From Spirochaetia bacterium (GTDB lineage: Bacteria > Spirochaetota > Spirochaetia > SZUA-6 > Bin103), in NCBI GenBank assembly GCA_965199955.1, contig CBDATQ010000001.1, positions 800,001-864,000 on the forward strand: a DNA stretch of 64,000 nt, in the 5' to 3' direction. A program made the translations under genes and the position numbers. Shown one piece after another: positions 27,816 to 37,937 of the stretch (positions are counted from its first letter, which is position 1; each line of letters begins with the position of its first letter). The notes beneath the pieces are model-generated. The model saw only the letters and a program-made list of their open reading frames with translations, made no database searches and was not told where the DNA came from.

Positions 27816-28115
27816 GTGAGCCTCTTCGACACGATTGTACTTCCCGAAACGATCACCTGCGCACGCTGCGGGGCGTCGGTTACGTCCCCCAGACGCACGA
27901 GTTGGGCGAGACGCTCGACACCAATCGGATCGGCGACGTGGCCGATGCGGGAGCCTGTCTACCGGCGTGATCGAGGAACGCCTGTTCTGCGAGAAGTGCA
28001 GGAACTTCGAGGAGCGGATCTACATCACGCTATAGCACGGCCTCATCACGGGCAAGGTGTCTGGCGCTGGTCTACGCACTTCCGCGACATCGGATCGAAG
28101 CCCGCTCGACGATAA
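27816..28115 (+). pseudogene. Degraded small zinc-ribbon protein
   Basis: SLFDTI...CARCG, QTHELGETLDT..IGD and TGVIEERLFCEKC...IYITL*HGLITG lie in three different frames. Confidence 0.55.
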
Positions 28116-28144
28116 GCCGTGCCGGTGCCTACCATCTCTGGGCC

Positions 28145-28930
28145 ATGGCTGAGACGATTACACCGGTCCGGCTGACGGAAGAGCAGGTGGCCCGCTACGA
28201 GCGGGACGGTTACCTCGTGGTGGAGAACCTGGTCGACCTGGAGCGGGTCACGGCGCTCGGCGCGCGGGTCCGGGAGTACACGCACGGCGGGCGCGACGCC
28301 GGCGCCCTGCGCGTGCAGATCGAACCGCGGGTGACGCGGGGTGAGGAGCGGGTCGACCATCCCGGCGACGGCATCCGCAAGATCGACGGCCTGGTCGAGC
28401 ACGACGACCTGTTCCGGGCGCTCGGCACCGACCCGGCGATCGTCAGCGTCATCACGCGGATCCTGGGACCGGACGTGAAGATGTTCCGCAACGCCCTGCT
28501 GATGAAGCCCCCGCACGTGGGTTCCTCCAAGGGCATGCACCAGGACGCGCCCTACTGGCCGATCGAGCCGCAGAGCGAGTGCTCGTGCTGGTTCGCCCTG
28601 GATGACGCGACGCCCGAGAACGGGTGCATGGGCGTGCTGCCCGGCGCGCACAAGCGCGGAGCGCAGCCGCACACGCATGTGACGGACGACTACGTCATCG
28701 AGGAGGACCGGTACTCGATGGACGACCTGGTGCTGGCGCCGGTCAAGGCAGGCGGCGGCCTGTTCTTCCATGCCCTGCTGCCGCACTACACGGCGCCGAA
28801 CTCGTCCGACCACTGGCGCCGCGCCATCGCCCTGTCCTACATGAGCGCGCGCTCGCGCTACACCGGGGAGGATCCCGGGCCCGAATACCTGAGCATCGCC
28901 GGCCGGAGCTTTCCCGGCTGCGTGCGCTGA
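28145..28930 (+). CDS. Phytanoyl-CoA dioxygenase (PhyH) family protein
   Basis: LTEEQV..Y..DGY, HQD..YWP, ENGCM, PHYT.PN. Confidence 0.92.
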   Translation: MAETITPVRLTEEQVARYERDGYLVVENLVDLERVTALGARVREYTHGGRDAGALRVQIEPRVTRGEERVDHPGDGIRKIDGLVEHDDLFRALGTDPAIVSVITRILGPDVKMFRNALLMKPPHVGSSKGMHQDAPYWPIEPQSECSCWFALDDATPENGCMGVLPGAHKRGAQPHTHVTDDYVIEEDRYSMDDLVLAPVKAGGGLFFHALLPHYTAPNSSDHWRRAIALSYMSARSRYTGEDPGPEYLSIAGRSFPGCVR

Positions 28931-28949
28931 CGCCGAACACGGACTGACG

Positions 28950-30197
28950 ATGGAACGGGTAGCCACGGACACGAGGGTTCCGGTTCGCTCCGCGCCGCTG
29001 CCGGGCGGCTACCCCGGCGCGACCGCCATCGACGCCGACGAGGTGGCCGCCGTCCGCGAGGTGCTGGAGCGGCGCTCGCCGTTCCGGTACTACGGGCCGC
29101 AGGTAGCCGGGGCCGCCGCGGCGCTGGAACGGGCGTTTGCCGCCCGCCTGGGCGTGGCTCACGCCCTCGGGGTCAGCTCGGGGACGGCCGCCCTCATCGT
29201 CGCCCTGCGGGCGCTCGGGGTGGGGCCGGGTGACGAGGTGATCCTCCCGCCGGCGACGTTCGTCGGCTGCGCCAACGCCGTGGTGGCGGCAGGTGCCGTT
29301 CCCGTGTTCGCCGACGTCGACGATGATCTGCAGATCAGCCGCGCCGGCATCGAAGCCTGCATCACGGCCCGTACCAGGGCGATCATGGCCGTGCATTGGC
29401 GCGGGCTCGCGGTGCCGTTGCGGCCGATCATGGACGTCGCGAACGCGCACGGAATTTCGGTCATCGAGGACTGCGCGCAGTCCCTCGGAGCCCGCGACGA
29501 CGGCTTCGAGGTCGGTGCCCGCGGCCGGATCAACGCCTTCAGCTTCCAGATGAACAAGGTGCTCACCGCCGGCGAAGGAGGGATGGTCGCCACCGACGAT
29601 CCGGACCTCGCCGCCCGGGCGATCGCGCTCCACGACAACGGCTCCGCCCGCAAGGGGAACGGCCTCGTCCCGGAGACCACCGAGCTGTTCGGCGAGAACT
29701 ACCGCCTGACCGAGGTCGCCGCCGCCATCATGCGGGTCCAGCTCGGCAAGCTCGACCAGGTACGGCGGCGGCTGCGGGAGGTGTGCGGCATCATCGGCAG
29801 CGCCGTGGAGGACTGCGCCGGGGTGCGCCTACGCCAGCGTGCCGGCAGCGACGCGGACGTGGGCGCCTCCGCGGTCCTGATCTTCGATACGGCGGAGCTG
29901 GCGGCCGCTGTGAAGGAGGCACTGGCGGCGGAGGGCGTGCCGCTTTCGACGCCGTATGGCGGCCGGCCGATCTACCTGCGGGACGTGTTCCAGCAACGGC
30001 GGCTGTGGCATGCCGGCGCCGGCCCGTGGGATCCGCGCATCTACCACGGAGACGTCAGCTACGCGCCGGGGACCTGCCCGACAGCCGAGGAGATCCTCCC
30101 GCGGGTGGGGGAATACACCCTGTCCCTGGACTGGAGCGAGCGGGACGCGCACGACGTGGCGGCCGCGATCACCAGGGTCATGGGACGAGTGGGGTGA
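28950..30197 (+). CDS. DegT/DnrJ/EryC1/StrS PLP-dependent aminotransferase
   Basis: SSGTAAL, GPGDEVI, IEDCAQ, FSFQMNK.LTAGEGG, GENYR. Confidence 0.92.
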   Translation: MERVATDTRVPVRSAPLPGGYPGATAIDADEVAAVREVLERRSPFRYYGPQVAGAAAALERAFAARLGVAHALGVSSGTAALIVALRALGVGPGDEVILPPATFVGCANAVVAAGAVPVFADVDDDLQISRAGIEACITARTRAIMAVHWRGLAVPLRPIMDVANAHGISVIEDCAQSLGARDDGFEVGARGRINAFSFQMNKVLTAGEGGMVATDDPDLAARAIALHDNGSARKGNGLVPETTELFGENYRLTEVAAAIMRVQLGKLDQVRRRLREVCGIIGSAVEDCAGVRLRQRAGSDADVGASAVLIFDTAELAAAVKEALAAEGVPLSTPYGGRPIYLRDVFQQRRLWHAGAGPWDPRIYHGDVSYAPGTCPTAEEILPRVGEYTLSLDWSERDAHDVAAAITRVMGRVG

Positions 30198-31642
30198 CAC
30201 GGCCCAACCTGCTCCTGGTGGTGCCGGACGGCATGCAGGCGCAGACCACGTTTCCCGAGTCGCCGTGCCGCACGCCCAACGTCGACCGCATCGCGGAGCG
30301 CGGCCAGCGCTTCCGCCGGGCCTACACCGTCCAGTTCACCTGCTCGCCCGCCCGCGCCAGCCTGATGACCGGGGTGCTGCCGCACAACCACGGCGTGCTG
30401 CAGGTCGAGCACACCGTGGACGACGATCAGTGCGTGCTGCGCACCGAATACCCGCACTGGGCGCAGCGCCTCGGCGATGCCGGCTACCGCACCGCCTATT
30501 TCGGCAAGTGGCACATCGAGCGCAGCAACGATCTGCGCCGCTTCGGGTGGCAGGAGGGGGGCAGCGATCACGCCGCCGCGCAGCGGGCGCTGGGGGCGGG
30601 GGTCACCGCGACCGCCGACCTCCTCGACGGCGCCGATCCGGTCCGCTACGACGAAGGCCACGACGGCTATCGCCCGGTCCTGCACTACGCGGCAACGCCG
30701 ATACCGACCGACCGGCGCGCCTTCGCGGCGACAACCCGCGCCGCGCAGGAGTTCCTGGAGTCCGCGGCCGCCGGCGGTGCACCCTGGGCCTGCTGTGTCA
30801 GCTTCGCGGAGCCCAACGTCCCCCTCGTCGCCAACCGCGACGCCTACCTCGGGTACGACCTGGACGCGATCGACCTCCCCGCCAGCCTGGGGGACACCTT
30901 CGCCGACAGCCCCGCCATCTACCGGCGCCAGCGCGAGGTGTTCGGCGCCATCGGCGAGCGCGAGTGGCGCCAAGCGCGCGCAGTGTACTACGCCCTCATC
31001 GGCGAGCTCGACGCGCAGGTGGGGGCGCTCCTGGATCAGCTCGAGCGGCTGGACGTTCTGGACGACACGATCGTCGTGTTCATGAGCGATCACGGCCGCT
31101 ACGTCGGCGCCCACGGGTTCGACGCCCACAACTTCGGCGCCTTCGAAGAGGCTTACCGGATTCCGCTGGTCATCGCCGGGCCCGGCGTCGCCGGACCCGG
31201 GGTCGTGGCCGACGCCGACGTCGACGCGATCGTCTCTCTGGTGGACGTGGCGCCGACGCTGCTGGAGCTGACCGGCGCGGCCCCGATCGATGCGCCCGAC
31301 TCCCGGTCCTTCGCCGACCTGCTGCGCGACCCCGTGGGCGCGGCCGCACGCCATGACTGCGCCTACGCGGAATCCTGCGGCAACCGTTTCCTGATGACCC
31401 AGCGCATCCTCTGGCAGGGAACGTGGAAGTTCGTCTTCAACGGCTTCGACTACGACGAGCTCTACGACCTCGCCACCGATCCCGACGAGTTGGTCAATCT
31501 GGGCGCCGATCCTCGGCACGCGCAGCGCCGCCGGGACATGATGGCGGAGATCTGGCGTCGCGCCCGCGCGACCGGCGACCAGAGCATCGTCGACACGCAC
31601 TACGCGCCGATGCGTATCGCCGCGGTCGGTCCCGAGATATAG
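30194..31642 (+). CDS. Cys-type sulfatase
   Basis: RPNLLLVVPD, CSPARASLMTG, GYRT.YFGKWH, SDHG, ELYDL..DP.E. Confidence 0.92.
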   Translation: MTRPNLLLVVPDGMQAQTTFPESPCRTPNVDRIAERGQRFRRAYTVQFTCSPARASLMTGVLPHNHGVLQVEHTVDDDQCVLRTEYPHWAQRLGDAGYRTAYFGKWHIERSNDLRRFGWQEGGSDHAAAQRALGAGVTATADLLDGADPVRYDEGHDGYRPVLHYAATPIPTDRRAFAATTRAAQEFLESAAAGGAPWACCVSFAEPNVPLVANRDAYLGYDLDAIDLPASLGDTFADSPAIYRRQREVFGAIGEREWRQARAVYYALIGELDAQVGALLDQLERLDVLDDTIVVFMSDHGRYVGAHGFDAHNFGAFEEAYRIPLVIAGPGVAGPGVVADADVDAIVSLVDVAPTLLELTGAAPIDAPDSRSFADLLRDPVGAAARHDCAYAESCGNRFLMTQRILWQGTWKFVFNGFDYDELYDLATDPDELVNLGADPRHAQRRRDMMAEIWRRARATGDQSIVDTHYAPMRIAAVGPEI

Positions 31643-31669
31643 CGGAGATCGCCCATCGGCTCCATCACG

Positions 31670-32524
31670 TTGCGACAGATGGCCGACGCGGACGTGAGGT
31701 TCGCCGACCGCATCCGCGACAGCGCCGGCTGGAACCAGACTCTTCAGGACTGGCAGCGGCTGCTGCGGCACGATCCGGAGGGCTGCTTCGTCGCCGAGTG
31801 GAACGGCCGGCCGGCCGGTACGGCGACGACCACGACCTTTTCGAAGGACCTGGCTTGGATCGGCATGGTCCTGGTCGATCCCGATCTGCGGCGGCGGGGG
31901 ATCGGCAGGGCGCTGCTCGTGCACTGCATCGAGCATCTGCGGCAGTCGGGGGTGAGGTGCATCAAACTGGACGCCACACCGTTGGGCAGGCGCGTATACG
32001 GTCCGCTCGGGTTCGTTGCGGAATGGAGCCTTTCGCGCTGGGAGACGGCGAAGCTCGCGGCCTGCCTGGAGAGGGTCGACGCGACATCCGATCGGTGTCC
32101 TCGGCCGCTGGACAGAGGCGGCCTCGGTCGCGTCGCGGATCTCGATGAAGCCGCGTTCGGTGTTGCACGCGAACGGATGCTTGCGATGTTGGCCGCGCAA
32201 TCGGACACGCGTGTCCGCAGGGACGGGGTCGGACGGGTAACCGGGTACGGCATGCTGCGGCCCGGCCAACGTGCGAATTACCTTGGACCCATGGTCGCTC
32301 AGGATGAGTCGAGCGGCGTCGCGCTGGCTGACGACCTGCTGGGGAGCATTCAGGGTCGTCGCCTGTACTGGGACATTCCCGATGAGAATCACGCCGCAGT
32401 CCGTGTGGCGGAGCGGTCCGGTATGCATCGCCAGCGCACCCTGACGCGGATGTGGCTCGGTGAAAACGCCCGTCCAGGGAGTCCGTCGGCCCAGTGGGCG
32501 ATCGCCGCGCCGGAAATCGGCTGA
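31670..32524 (+). CDS. GNAT N-acetyltransferase (two-domain)
   Basis: GWNQT..DW, WIGMVLVDP..RRRGIG, LDAT..G..VY..LGF; start uncertain. Confidence 0.88.
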   Translation: MRQMADADVRFADRIRDSAGWNQTLQDWQRLLRHDPEGCFVAEWNGRPAGTATTTTFSKDLAWIGMVLVDPDLRRRGIGRALLVHCIEHLRQSGVRCIKLDATPLGRRVYGPLGFVAEWSLSRWETAKLAACLERVDATSDRCPRPLDRGGLGRVADLDEAAFGVARERMLAMLAAQSDTRVRRDGVGRVTGYGMLRPGQRANYLGPMVAQDESSGVALADDLLGSIQGRRLYWDIPDENHAAVRVAERSGMHRQRTLTRMWLGENARPGSPSAQWAIAAPEIG

Positions 32525-32530
32525 CTCGCG

Positions 32531-34147
32531 ATGAGCACGGCGTACGACGGCATCATCCTGGGAACCGGGCACAACGCCCTGGTGCTGCAGGCCTACCTCT
32601 CGCGCTGCGGGCTCAGGACGCTGTCGCTCGAACGATGGGACGAGCCCGGCGGAGGCCTGGCGACGATCGAGAACCCGCGCGTCGCCGGAGTGATGCATAA
32701 TCCGCACTCGTTCTATCACCGCGCCCTGAACCGGATGCCGTGGTACGACGATCTGGAACTGGCGGCCCAGGGCGTCCGCTACCTCGAGCCGGAGCTGAAC
32801 GTCGCTCTGCTCACCAACGAGGGGAGCAGCCTGCAGTGGTGGACGGATTTCGAGCGAACCCGGGCGTCATTCCACCAGTGGTCGCCCGCGGATGCGGACG
32901 CGTTCGCCAAGCTGGTCGACGAGTTCCGGCCGATCGTCGAGCACATCCTGATCCCGGAGTCCCGGTCACCACCCCTGGAGCCGTCGCTGCGGCGGCGCCT
33001 GCTGAGCCAATCGCGCCTCGGCCGCCGCCTGCTGGAAGTGTCGGCGCTCTCTCCACTGGAATTCGTCACCTGGTGCTTCTCCCATGACGTGATCCGGGCA
33101 GGGCTGCTGTTCTTCAACGGATTGCGAGAGGTCGATCTGCGCATGAAGGGCTTCGGCCATTCGATTCCGGCGCTGCTGGCGTCCGCCGGCAAGGCCCAGA
33201 TGTGTGTCGGCGGATCGGTTCAGCTCGCTCGGGGCCTGGTAGCGGACATCGAAGCCCATGGAGGCGAGGTTCGGTGCGGCGTGAACATCCGGCGGCTGCA
33301 CGTCAGGCATGGCCGGGTCGGTGAGGTGGAGCTGGGGGACGGCGAGCGGTTGCAGGCGACCCGCTTCGTGGCCTCGGGCCTCAATCCGGGGCAGACGTTC
33401 CTGCAGCTTCTGGCGGAATCGGATGCCGGTCCCGCTCTCCGAAGCAGCGCGCGGGGGTTTCGCTACAACGTGATCGCGCCGCTGTTCGGCCTGCACCTGG
33501 CCCTTTCGGAACCGCCGGCGTACGCCGCCGCGGACGACGATCCGGAGTTGCGGAGCGCGTTCATGGTCATCCTCGGCCTGGAGCGATTCGGCCAGTTTCA
33601 GGAGATCGTCGACGCGCACGAACGGGGCCGGATTCCGCCGACCGTCGCCTGGGGGTCGTGCCACACGCGGTTCGACCCCACTCAAGCCGGATCGGGCACC
33701 CACGCGGCGTTTCTGTGGGAGAAGGTTCCGTACCACTTGGGCGGGAACGCGTCCAACTGGGACTCGCACCGTGACGAGCACGGCGAGCGGCTACTGCAGT
33801 TCTGGAGGCGCTTCGCACCGAACCTCGGTGAGGACGTGGTCCTGGACCGGTTTGCGCTCAGCCCGCTCGATACGGTTTCCCGTCTGCCGAACATGTCGCA
33901 CGGCGACCTGCTGGTCGGCTCGTTTGCCAACGACCAGGTCGGCTACAACCGTCCGTTTCCGGGAGCCGGCTGTTATCGGACGGCGCTGGACGGTCTGTAC
34001 CTGTGCGGCGGCTCCACGCATCCTGGAGGAAACGTGACCGGACTGTGCGGCTACAATGCCGCCTCCGTGATCGCTGCGGACCTCGGCATCAGGCGCTGGT
34101 GGAATCCGCCGGACCTGATGGCAGAGCTGGCCGCTCTGCGCGACTGA
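32531..34147 (+). CDS. NAD(P)/FAD-dependent oxidoreductase, phytoene dehydrogenase-like
   Basis: YDGIILGTGHNAL, LER...GG, LYLCGGSTHPGG.VTG..G.NAA. Confidence 0.88.
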   Translation: MSTAYDGIILGTGHNALVLQAYLSRCGLRTLSLERWDEPGGGLATIENPRVAGVMHNPHSFYHRALNRMPWYDDLELAAQGVRYLEPELNVALLTNEGSSLQWWTDFERTRASFHQWSPADADAFAKLVDEFRPIVEHILIPESRSPPLEPSLRRRLLSQSRLGRRLLEVSALSPLEFVTWCFSHDVIRAGLLFFNGLREVDLRMKGFGHSIPALLASAGKAQMCVGGSVQLARGLVADIEAHGGEVRCGVNIRRLHVRHGRVGEVELGDGERLQATRFVASGLNPGQTFLQLLAESDAGPALRSSARGFRYNVIAPLFGLHLALSEPPAYAAADDDPELRSAFMVILGLERFGQFQEIVDAHERGRIPPTVAWGSCHTRFDPTQAGSGTHAAFLWEKVPYHLGGNASNWDSHRDEHGERLLQFWRRFAPNLGEDVVLDRFALSPLDTVSRLPNMSHGDLLVGSFANDQVGYNRPFPGAGCYRTALDGLYLCGGSTHPGGNVTGLCGYNAASVIAADLGIRRWWNPPDLMAELAALRD

Positions 34148-34229
34148 CCGGAAGCCGTCACGGCAGCTCCCAGAACGTGCCGGTGACGCCGCGCCACTGC
34201 GCATAGCTGGCAGGAACTCCTCGGCCATG

Positions 34230-35189
34230 TCAGCCGCCGGCCAGCTCGGCGGCGAGCTCGCGTGCCCGCTCCAGGGTGGTGCTGCGCTCCTCCAGCATGC
34301 GCCGCCGCACCGCGTCGCGCAGGTCCGCGTCGGCGTGGGTGGTCACGTACAGCGCGCGGCTTCCCACGACCGCGTCGATCTGCTGGGCCGTGCGCCTCAC
34401 CTCGGGTCCGCTGGTATGCGCCAGCCAGTTGGCGTAGGCGCCTTGCGGCTGGTAGCGGAAGTCGCAGGAAAGCCGCAGGCGATCCGAGGTGTTGGGGTTG
34501 CCCTTGTGCAGGGTCATGCTGGCGAAGACGATCAGGTCGCCCGGGCTGTAGGTGGTGGTGACCCACGCTTCGTCCGCCGAGGGCAGCTCGAACACCTGGT
34601 CCTTGGCGGTCTTCAGGGAGCTCGAAGCGGCCCCGATCTGCGCGCGCACCCCACCCCGGTGGGAACCCGGCACCACGGCCAAGCCGCCGAGCCGCTCGTC
34701 GATGTCGGTGAGCGGGACCCAGACCGTGCAGAAGTCCTGCGTCAGGTAGCCGAGCTGCGGGCTGCCGTCCTGGTGGGCGCCGACGCCGAGCGGCGCCGCG
34801 CCCTCCGGGTCGGGCGGGATGATGCGCAGCAGCCGCTGCTTCCACACCTGAACCGGACCGTCGTAGATCGCCTCCAGCACGGCGCGCACCTCGGGCGACT
34901 CCGCGAGCCGGTTGAAGGAGTCGAGCCGCACGGCTCGCTGGTAGTAGACCAGGTACTCCTCTTCGGTGGGCGGCGGCCCGCCGCTCCAGAGCGGCGGCGC
35001 GGTGGGGCTCTCCAGGATGTGGCAGTCGTGCAGGATGGCGATGAGGTCGTCGCGCACGCGCCGCACCAGGTCGCGGTCGAGCGCGCCGCGCAGCAGCAGG
35101 TAGCCGCGCTCGGCCAGCAGCGCCCGGAGGTGGGCCGGGTCGCCTGCCGCCGCGGTGGCGTCGAGCATCGGCGCCACCGCGGCGGCCAT
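34230..35189 (-). CDS. Phytanoyl-CoA dioxygenase (PhyH) family protein
   Basis: RGYLLLR, HQD, WVPL.D....GGL..VPGSH, LHKG.PN...RLS.D.RYQ. Confidence 0.9.
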   Translation of the reverse strand: MAAAVAPMLDATAAAGDPAHLRALLAERGYLLLRGALDRDLVRRVRDDLIAILHDCHILESPTAPPLWSGGPPPTEEEYLVYYQRAVRLDSFNRLAESPEVRAVLEAIYDGPVQVWKQRLLRIIPPDPEGAAPLGVGAHQDGSPQLGYLTQDFCTVWVPLTDIDERLGGLAVVPGSHRGGVRAQIGAASSSLKTAKDQVFELPSADEAWVTTTYSPGDLIVFASMTLHKGNPNTSDRLRLSCDFRYQPQGAYANWLAHTSGPEVRRTAQQIDAVVGSRALYVTTHADADLRDAVRRRMLEERSTTLERARELAAELAGG

Positions 35190-35962
35190 CAGGTGCCCGC
35201 TTTTGCGCGAAACGCCTCGATGCCGACGCGAGCCGCGCTGGTGAGCAGCACGAAGTCCGGCCCGTACCCCAGGTAGGTAAGTCCGCGGTCGCGCCAGTGG
35301 GTGAGGTCTTCCGGCGTGGCGGAGCCGATCCCCAGGGCGACCCCGCTGGCCGCGCACACCTCGATCGCACGCTCCACGACCTTGTCCATCTCGGGGTGTG
35401 GCATCTCGAAGGGGCTCACGCCGTGGTTCAGGTACAGGTCCCAGAGGCCCAGGTACAGCGCGTCCACTCCGGGAACCGCCGTGATCTCCTCGAGGTCTTC
35501 CATCGCTTCCCGCGTCTCCAGCAGAAACGAGACCAGGATGTTGTCGTTGGCGCGCGCCAGGTAGTCCGGGTAGTCCAGGGTGTACTGCGACGCCCGCAGC
35601 GGGCCGAAGCCGCGGATCCCGTCGGGCGGATAGCGGGTCGCGCGCACGACCTCCCGCGCCTGCTCGGCCGAGCGCAGCAGCGGCACGATGATGCCCAGGG
35701 CGCCGATGTCCAGCGAGCGCTGGATGAACACCTGGTCGAAGCTGGGGATGCGGACGATCGGCACCGCGTCCGTGCCGTTCACCGCCATGAGCATGTGTTG
35801 GACCTCGGCCATGTCCAGCCCGTTGTGCTCCATCTCGATGACGATGAAGTCGAATCCGGAGTGGGCCATCTGCTCCGCGACGTTCGGGCTGCCCATGCCC
35901 AGGAAGCAGCCGACCGTCGCCTGGCCGGCCTTGAGTTTCTGTCTGACGTGATTGGTTTTCAT
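35189..35962 (-). CDS. HpcH/HpaI class II pyruvate aldolase family protein
   Basis: GFDFIVIEMEH, LDIGA.GIIVP, RYPP.G.RG, ET.EA, GVDALYLG. Confidence 0.9.
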   Translation of the reverse strand: MKTNHVRQKLKAGQATVGCFLGMGSPNVAEQMAHSGFDFIVIEMEHNGLDMAEVQHMLMAVNGTDAVPIVRIPSFDQVFIQRSLDIGALGIIVPLLRSAEQAREVVRATRYPPDGIRGFGPLRASQYTLDYPDYLARANDNILVSFLLETREAMEDLEEITAVPGVDALYLGLWDLYLNHGVSPFEMPHPEMDKVVERAIEVCAASGVALGIGSATPEDLTHWRDRGLTYLGYGPDFVLLTSAARVGIEAFRAKAGT

Positions 35963-36099
35963 GGTGGCGTGGACCGGCGGCGCCGGCCGCCAGAGCATAG
36001 TCGGCGGCCGTGTTCCGGTCGAGCAGCGCCGGCCGTCCACCGTCGCGTCCCGGTCTCTGCCTTGCCAGCGTACCCCTTTCGGTCGATGGTAGGGGCAAG

Positions 36100-36900
36100 A
36101 TGGCGACCTATCCCGAACTGATCGACAAGGCCGTCGTAGTGACGGGCGCCGGCCGCGGCATCGGACTGGCGATCGCGCGGCGTTTCGTGACCGAGGGCGC
36201 GCGCGTGCTGCTGACCGACGTCGCGGAGGGCGACAGCGCCGAGGTGATCGCCCTGGCCGAGCAGCGCGGCACGCGCGCCGCGTATCAGCCGATGGACGTG
36301 ACCTCTTTGGAGCAGGTGGAGCAGGGCATCGCCCGCGCGGTGGAGCTGTTCGGGCGCCTGGACTGCATGGTCTGCAACGCCGGCATCTGCGAGGTGGCCC
36401 CCCTGGTGGAGGCGAACGAGGCGAGCTTCGACCGGCAGATGACGGTCAACGCCAAGGGCGCGTTTCTCACCGCCACGGCCGCCGCCCGGCAGATGCTCCG
36501 CCAAGGACACGGCGGCCGCATCATCGTCAACGCCAGCGGCGCGGGGAAGATGGCGCCGGGCAAGGAGGCGCCGCTCGGGGTGTACGCGATGAGCAAGCAT
36601 GCCGTGGTCGGCCTGACCCGCCAGTTGGGCGTGGAGCTTGCCGCCGACGGGATCCTGGTCAACTGCATCTGCGGCGGCATCGTCGACACCGAGATGTGGA
36701 ACGTGATCGACCGGGGCGTCACCGGCCCCAGCGGCGCGGAGCCGGGCTCGTTCAAGGCGGAGGCGGTCGCATCGGTGCCGATCGGGCGGATTCAGCGGCC
36801 CGAGGACATGGCCAACGTCGTGATCTACCTGGCCGGTGACGATTCCGACTACATCGCCGGGCAGACGCTGAACGTATCCGGAGGCCGGCTCCCCTACTGA
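36100..36900 (+). CDS. SDR family oxidoreductase
   Basis: TGAGRGIG, NAG, YAMSK, GIVDTEMW. Confidence 0.92.
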   Translation: MATYPELIDKAVVVTGAGRGIGLAIARRFVTEGARVLLTDVAEGDSAEVIALAEQRGTRAAYQPMDVTSLEQVEQGIARAVELFGRLDCMVCNAGICEVAPLVEANEASFDRQMTVNAKGAFLTATAAARQMLRQGHGGRIIVNASGAGKMAPGKEAPLGVYAMSKHAVVGLTRQLGVELAADGILVNCICGGIVDTEMWNVIDRGVTGPSGAEPGSFKAEAVASVPIGRIQRPEDMANVVIYLAGDDSDYIAGQTLNVSGGRLPY

Positions 36901-37167
36901 GCGTGAGCGCCTCGGCCTCTCTCGTACAACGCCGCCTTCAGCCGCCACCGCCGCGATCCTGGTGCTGGAGATCGACGTTGTCCCGCTCCGCATCATCCTG
37001 GCCCGACGATGCTGCCGGTGACCGCGGCAGGACGTGCTGTCCGGCCGTCGTTGCGGTGACGGCCATCGGCTACGCTGAACGCGCCCATGACGCCGATATT
37101 TATTATGAGGTACTTGCGGATAAATTGTGGGTGACGTAGTCAGAATGGTCAGACCGACTAACGAGGC

Positions 37168-37914
37168 ATGAAGCGGCTGGCGGGCAGGCGCGCGGTGGTC
37201 ACCGGAGCCGGCCGCGGGCTGGGGCTGGCAGTGGCCGAGCTGTTCGTGCGCGAGGGAGCCGCGGTCGTACTTGCCGACCGGGACGAAGGCTCCGCCACGG
37301 CAGCGGCGGAGCGGCTGGCGGCGGCTGGTGGCGAGGCGTCCGCCGTGCACGCGAACGTCACCTCGACGCGCCACGTGCAGGAACTGATGGACGCGGCGGT
37401 CGAGTTCATGGGCGGCCTGGACGTGCTGGTGAACAACGCCGGGATCTCCAGTGCCGGTACGGTCACCGAGGTGGACGAAGCGCACTGGGAGCGGGTGTTG
37501 GCGGTCAACCTCACCGCCTCCTATCTGTGCTCCCGGTATGCGGTCCCGCACATGGAGCGTTCCGGCGGCGGTTCGATCGTCTGCATCGCTTCGGCCTCCG
37601 GCGTGACCGGGCAGAAGGGTCAGGTCGCCTACAACGTGTCCAAGCACGGCGTCATCGGCCTGGTCCGCTGCATGGCGCTAGACCATGCCGACGCCGGCAT
37701 CCGGGTCAACGCCGTGTGCCCGGGAGTGATCAACACGCCGATGACGGACTCGCTCTCAGCCGAGCACCGCGCGAAGCTGGCGGGGTGGCATCCGCTCGGC
37801 CGCATTGCCGAGCCGGCGGAGGTGGCACGCACCGTGCTGCACCTGGCGTCCGACGAGTCGTCGTTGACCACCGGCGCGCTGTTCCTGGTCGACGGCGGTC
37901 TGACCGCGATGTAG
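37168..37914 (+). CDS. SDR family oxidoreductase
   Basis: TGAGRGLG, NNAG, YNVSK; close paralog of 39567..40382. Confidence 0.92.
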   Translation: MKRLAGRRAVVTGAGRGLGLAVAELFVREGAAVVLADRDEGSATAAAERLAAAGGEASAVHANVTSTRHVQELMDAAVEFMGGLDVLVNNAGISSAGTVTEVDEAHWERVLAVNLTASYLCSRYAVPHMERSGGGSIVCIASASGVTGQKGQVAYNVSKHGVIGLVRCMALDHADAGIRVNAVCPGVINTPMTDSLSAEHRAKLAGWHPLGRIAEPAEVARTVLHLASDESSLTTGALFLVDGGLTAM

Positions 37915-37937
37915 AGCCGATCGGGTAGACTCGGCGC

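Noticed and set aside
32531..34147. Carotenoid biosynthesis (crtI)
   Set aside because: No crtB or crtE nearby; belongs to the broad phytoene-dehydrogenase-like oxidoreductase group
36903..37139. 78-aa ORF
   Set aside because: No motif, weak codon bias, and it runs through the AT-rich promoter region
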